The notes under the pieces: model-generated
What the model saw: only the letters and a program-made list of their open reading frames with translations
Databases searched by the model: none
What the model was told of the DNA's origin: nothing
Source: Schmidtea polychroa
Lineage: Eukaryota
DNA length: 64,000 bases
NCBI GenBank assembly: GCA_044892525.1
Contig: CM097885.1
Location: 38,442,001 to 38,506,000, forward strand
Direction: 5' to 3'
Translations under genes and position numbers: made by a program
Shown: one piece after another, positions 61,379 to 64,000 of the stretch
Layout: each line of letters starts with the position of its first letter
Position numbering within the stretch: the first letter of the stretch is position 1

Positions 61379-62467
61379 GAGATTAAAATGAGTTGATTAA
61401 ACCGGCCAAGGAGCCGATGGTAATTGAGTGAAATGATTTAAATGAAAATAAAGGAGTTGAACAAACCGGCCAGAGAGCCGATAGTAAATAAAGGTGGATG
61501 TAGAGGTCGCGCGAACCAAAGCATCAATGATTAACTATGAAATTGATTAAACTGAAATAGATTAAGTGCGATAAATATGTAATGAGTAGAGGAGAATTAT
61601 GATAAAGCGCCGGCGCAAGCGAAAATTAAACCAGTTTTTGGATGGGGAAAAGCGAACGAATAGATAGTAGTTGAATTATTGAATTTTATTTATTAATGAT
61701 ATGTTTATTTTGATATTTACGTGATTAATATTATATTTCTATGATAATAATAAAAGGGATAGATAATTGATACGACTATATAGATAATTGATACGAGTTA
61801 TAGATAATTTAAAATCAACTTAAAATCAAAATGGGGCGAATAGCGAGAAGTGTAGAAAAGCTAGAAAATTTGAAGCGAAGGGACAGTAAAATAAAGGGAA
61901 AAGGAAAGTAAATGAAGGGTTTAATAAAGAGAATTTATGATATGTACTAGAGGTGTTAATTATTTTAGAATAAAGCAAACAATTCAGAAAGAAATCAAAG
62001 AAATCAAGAAAGCAATAGAAATCAAGAGATATAGAGAAATCAATTAGAAGCGAAGAATCAAGGAAATTAATAAAACCAAATCCAAGAAGAGTTAGAGAAT
62101 CGTAAAGATTAAAGCGAGGAAAATACTTAGAAAACATCGAGCTCGATTGACAAAGTAGAAAATTTATCAAAGGATATTAAAAAGAGGAAAAATTGATAGC
62201 ATAGCTAACCGAACGAGGCGAAAAAGTAAAGGAAACCTCAGTTTATTGGAAAAGGAAGAGATACAAAAGGCCAAGACCAACAGAAAACTACACAGGAAGC
62301 CAGCATCAGTAGAAACAGTATTTGAATCAGACAGTTTAACAAACGAATTTGAGAACAGCGACGATCTTAAACGAACCGAACTAGATCCGATAAGTGACAT
62401 TGAATCATCAGACGAGGAAGGAAATAGTTCAGAGTCAACCAATATAACAATTTTGTGTCAAGAAATA

Positions 62468-64000
62468 ATGACAGACGGAATTCCAAATGTAACAGGGCTA
62501 ACGGACCCACCGGAAACAAGTAATGTGCACGTCAACATTGGAGAATTCAGAGAGAAATTTCGAGGAGAGCCATTCGATGGAAATATAAACCAGCTGGAAA
62601 CGTTTATAAAGGAATTCGAAGTATACATTACGATATGTCACTGGCCAGACATAGTCGTACGAGAACGAATACCCCTATATCTAAAGGGAAGCGCCCAAGA
62701 TGTATACTTGGAGGCGAAATGTGATGCAACTAAGTTGAGAACGTGGAAAGAGATCAAGGAGTTTTTAATAAAAACATTCGGTACCGAAAAAGAGGGAAAT
62801 CGAAAAATGTTAGACTTTCTGCATCGAAAGCAGAAATATAACGAATCCAACGCACTGTACGCATGCGAATTGAGACGACTAGCACGAGAAGCCTTCGATT
62901 CAAATCAACCAGTTCCGGAAGACAAAATAATAGCCGTATTCGTAGATGGCATGAAACGGGAGGATATACGAGCAACTTTGGGATGCCGAGCACCAGAGAC
63001 GCTGGAAGAAGCACTAAAAATAGCTAACAAATGTGAAACTTACCTAACACCAATACAAGTAGCAGCAATGACAGCAGCCCCAGCAGCTCCAGCAACAACA
63101 GCAACAACCACAAACAACCAAGTCAATAATGCAAATCCAGTAATGAATCAATTCATCCCAGGATCGCAACAGTTGTTCAAAACTCCACAAACAAGAAACC
63201 AAAACAATGGAGGTAATATTCAAAATTTTACTAATAATTTCAGGAACAACGACATCAACAATCGAACGTGCAACATATGCCAACGACCAGGGCATTGGAG
63301 CAATGAATGTTATAAAGCAAGGGTGTGTCAAAAGTGTGGGAGAAGAGGCCACACGGAAAATGTCTGCAGAGGACCCATGATGTCTATGAGCAGAGGAGGA
63401 ACCAGAACCTGCTACAATTGTAATCAGCCTGGACACATGGCAAGAGAATGCACGATGAGAACCAAACCAAATCAACCAGGATCAAACAATCCAGTTCAGA
63501 ACACACAAATCAACCTCATGCAGGAAATCGAACAATTAAAAGATATGATCCTGCGAATACCGACTAATAACCAACAACAACGAATCAACATGATGCAGAG
63601 CACCGAGGAAATCCGGAACCAACCAAGTAAGCAACAACAAGATCAGCAACGAGTCGAATGGCAAAGATTACAAAACGAGGAAGCCAGAGAAATTCAAGAA
63701 AGATGGAAACAACGGGAAGCGAATCCCGGAAGAATAAATATGATGAGATTAACAAATAAAGAGGAATCGCACACTGCGGAGCAGTGTGTTAACAACGACG
63801 GGAGTGAACCGATAATAAACAAGGAGATAAAAACGACAAAAGAAGATGAGATTGATCCACGAACAGAATTGAGCAGTGAAGAGAAAATACAATTGATTAA
63901 AGAATTTACCAAAGAGGAGAAAGAAAGGAGACAAAAGAAAGATGAGAGTAAAGACGAACCAAAAAGCAATGAGATAATTACAAAAAATCGAATTCAGAGG
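62468..64000 (+). CDS. gag: Gag polyprotein (frame open from 62159; continues beyond the window)
   Basis: Manual translation: FDGN..QLETFIKEFE..W...LYLKGSA...TWKEIKEFL..F, RKQKYNES..Y..EL (MHR-like), and knuckles CNICQRPGHWSNEC, CQKCGRRGHTENVC, CYNCNQPGHMAREC. Confidence 0.93.
   Translation, partial: MTDGIPNVTGLTDPPETSNVHVNIGEFREKFRGEPFDGNINQLETFIKEFEVYITICHWPDIVVRERIPLYLKGSAQDVYLEAKCDATKLRTWKEIKEFLIKTFGTEKEGNRKMLDFLHRKQKYNESNALYACELRRLAREAFDSNQPVPEDKIIAVFVDGMKREDIRATLGCRAPETLEEALKIANKCETYLTPIQVAAMTAAPAAPATTATTTNNQVNNANPVMNQFIPGSQQLFKTPQTRNQNNGGNIQNFTNNFRNNDINNRTCNICQRPGHWSNECYKARVCQKCGRRGHTENVCRGPMMSMSRGGTRTCYNCNQPGHMARECTMRTKPNQPGSNNPVQNTQINLMQEIEQLKDMILRIPTNNQQQRINMMQSTEEIRNQPSKQQQDQQRVEWQRLQNEEAREIQERWKQREANPGRINMMRLTNKEESHTAEQCVNNDGSEPIINKEIKTTKEDEIDPRTELSSEEKIQLIKEFTKEEKERRQKKDESKDEPKSNEIITKNRIQR

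Larger units (their letters stand above)
54180..64000 (+). mobile_element. Giant Ty3/Gypsy LTR retrotransposon, 5' portion (runs off the window)
   Basis: 4.27-kb LTR, PBS, long leader with RING ORF, and gag with three CCHC knuckles. Confidence 0.92.

Noticed and set aside
61826..63969. Minus-strand ORFs in the ORF track
   Set aside because: Antisense shadows of gag and its purine-rich leader

Overview
AT-rich, repeat-dense eukaryotic (animal) DNA. The giant LTRs and (AAT)n tracts suggest a planarian-like genome, but that is inference. The centrepiece is a 13.8-kb Polinton/Maverick (adintovirus-like) endogenous virus at 15587-29431 with 332-bp TIRs and a 6-bp AATGTT target-site duplication. 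It encodes a protein-primed PolB with one nonsense codon, a stand-alone duplicate of the PolB C-terminus, a membrane protein, a truncated penton, an adenain protease, core-like proteins, a packaging ATPase, a PLA2-integrase fusion and a major capsid protein. It also carries three tRNA-like Pol III cassettes, which are candidate analogues of adenovirus VA RNAs. Three older Polinton-related remnants lie elsewhere in the window. A giant Ty3/Gypsy family is present as two solo LTRs plus the 5' part of a provirus (4.3-kb LTR, tRNA-Pro PBS, RING ORF, gag). Two of its LTRs carry a conserved two-gene cassette (AT-hook protein and coiled-coil protein) with conserved splice signals. Also present are nested hAT transposons, Penelope-like, Tc1/mariner and piggyBac-type elements, long palindromes, microsatellites and one intact intronless CaMKI-like kinase gene. 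All calls come from motif reading and manual alignment; no searches were run.
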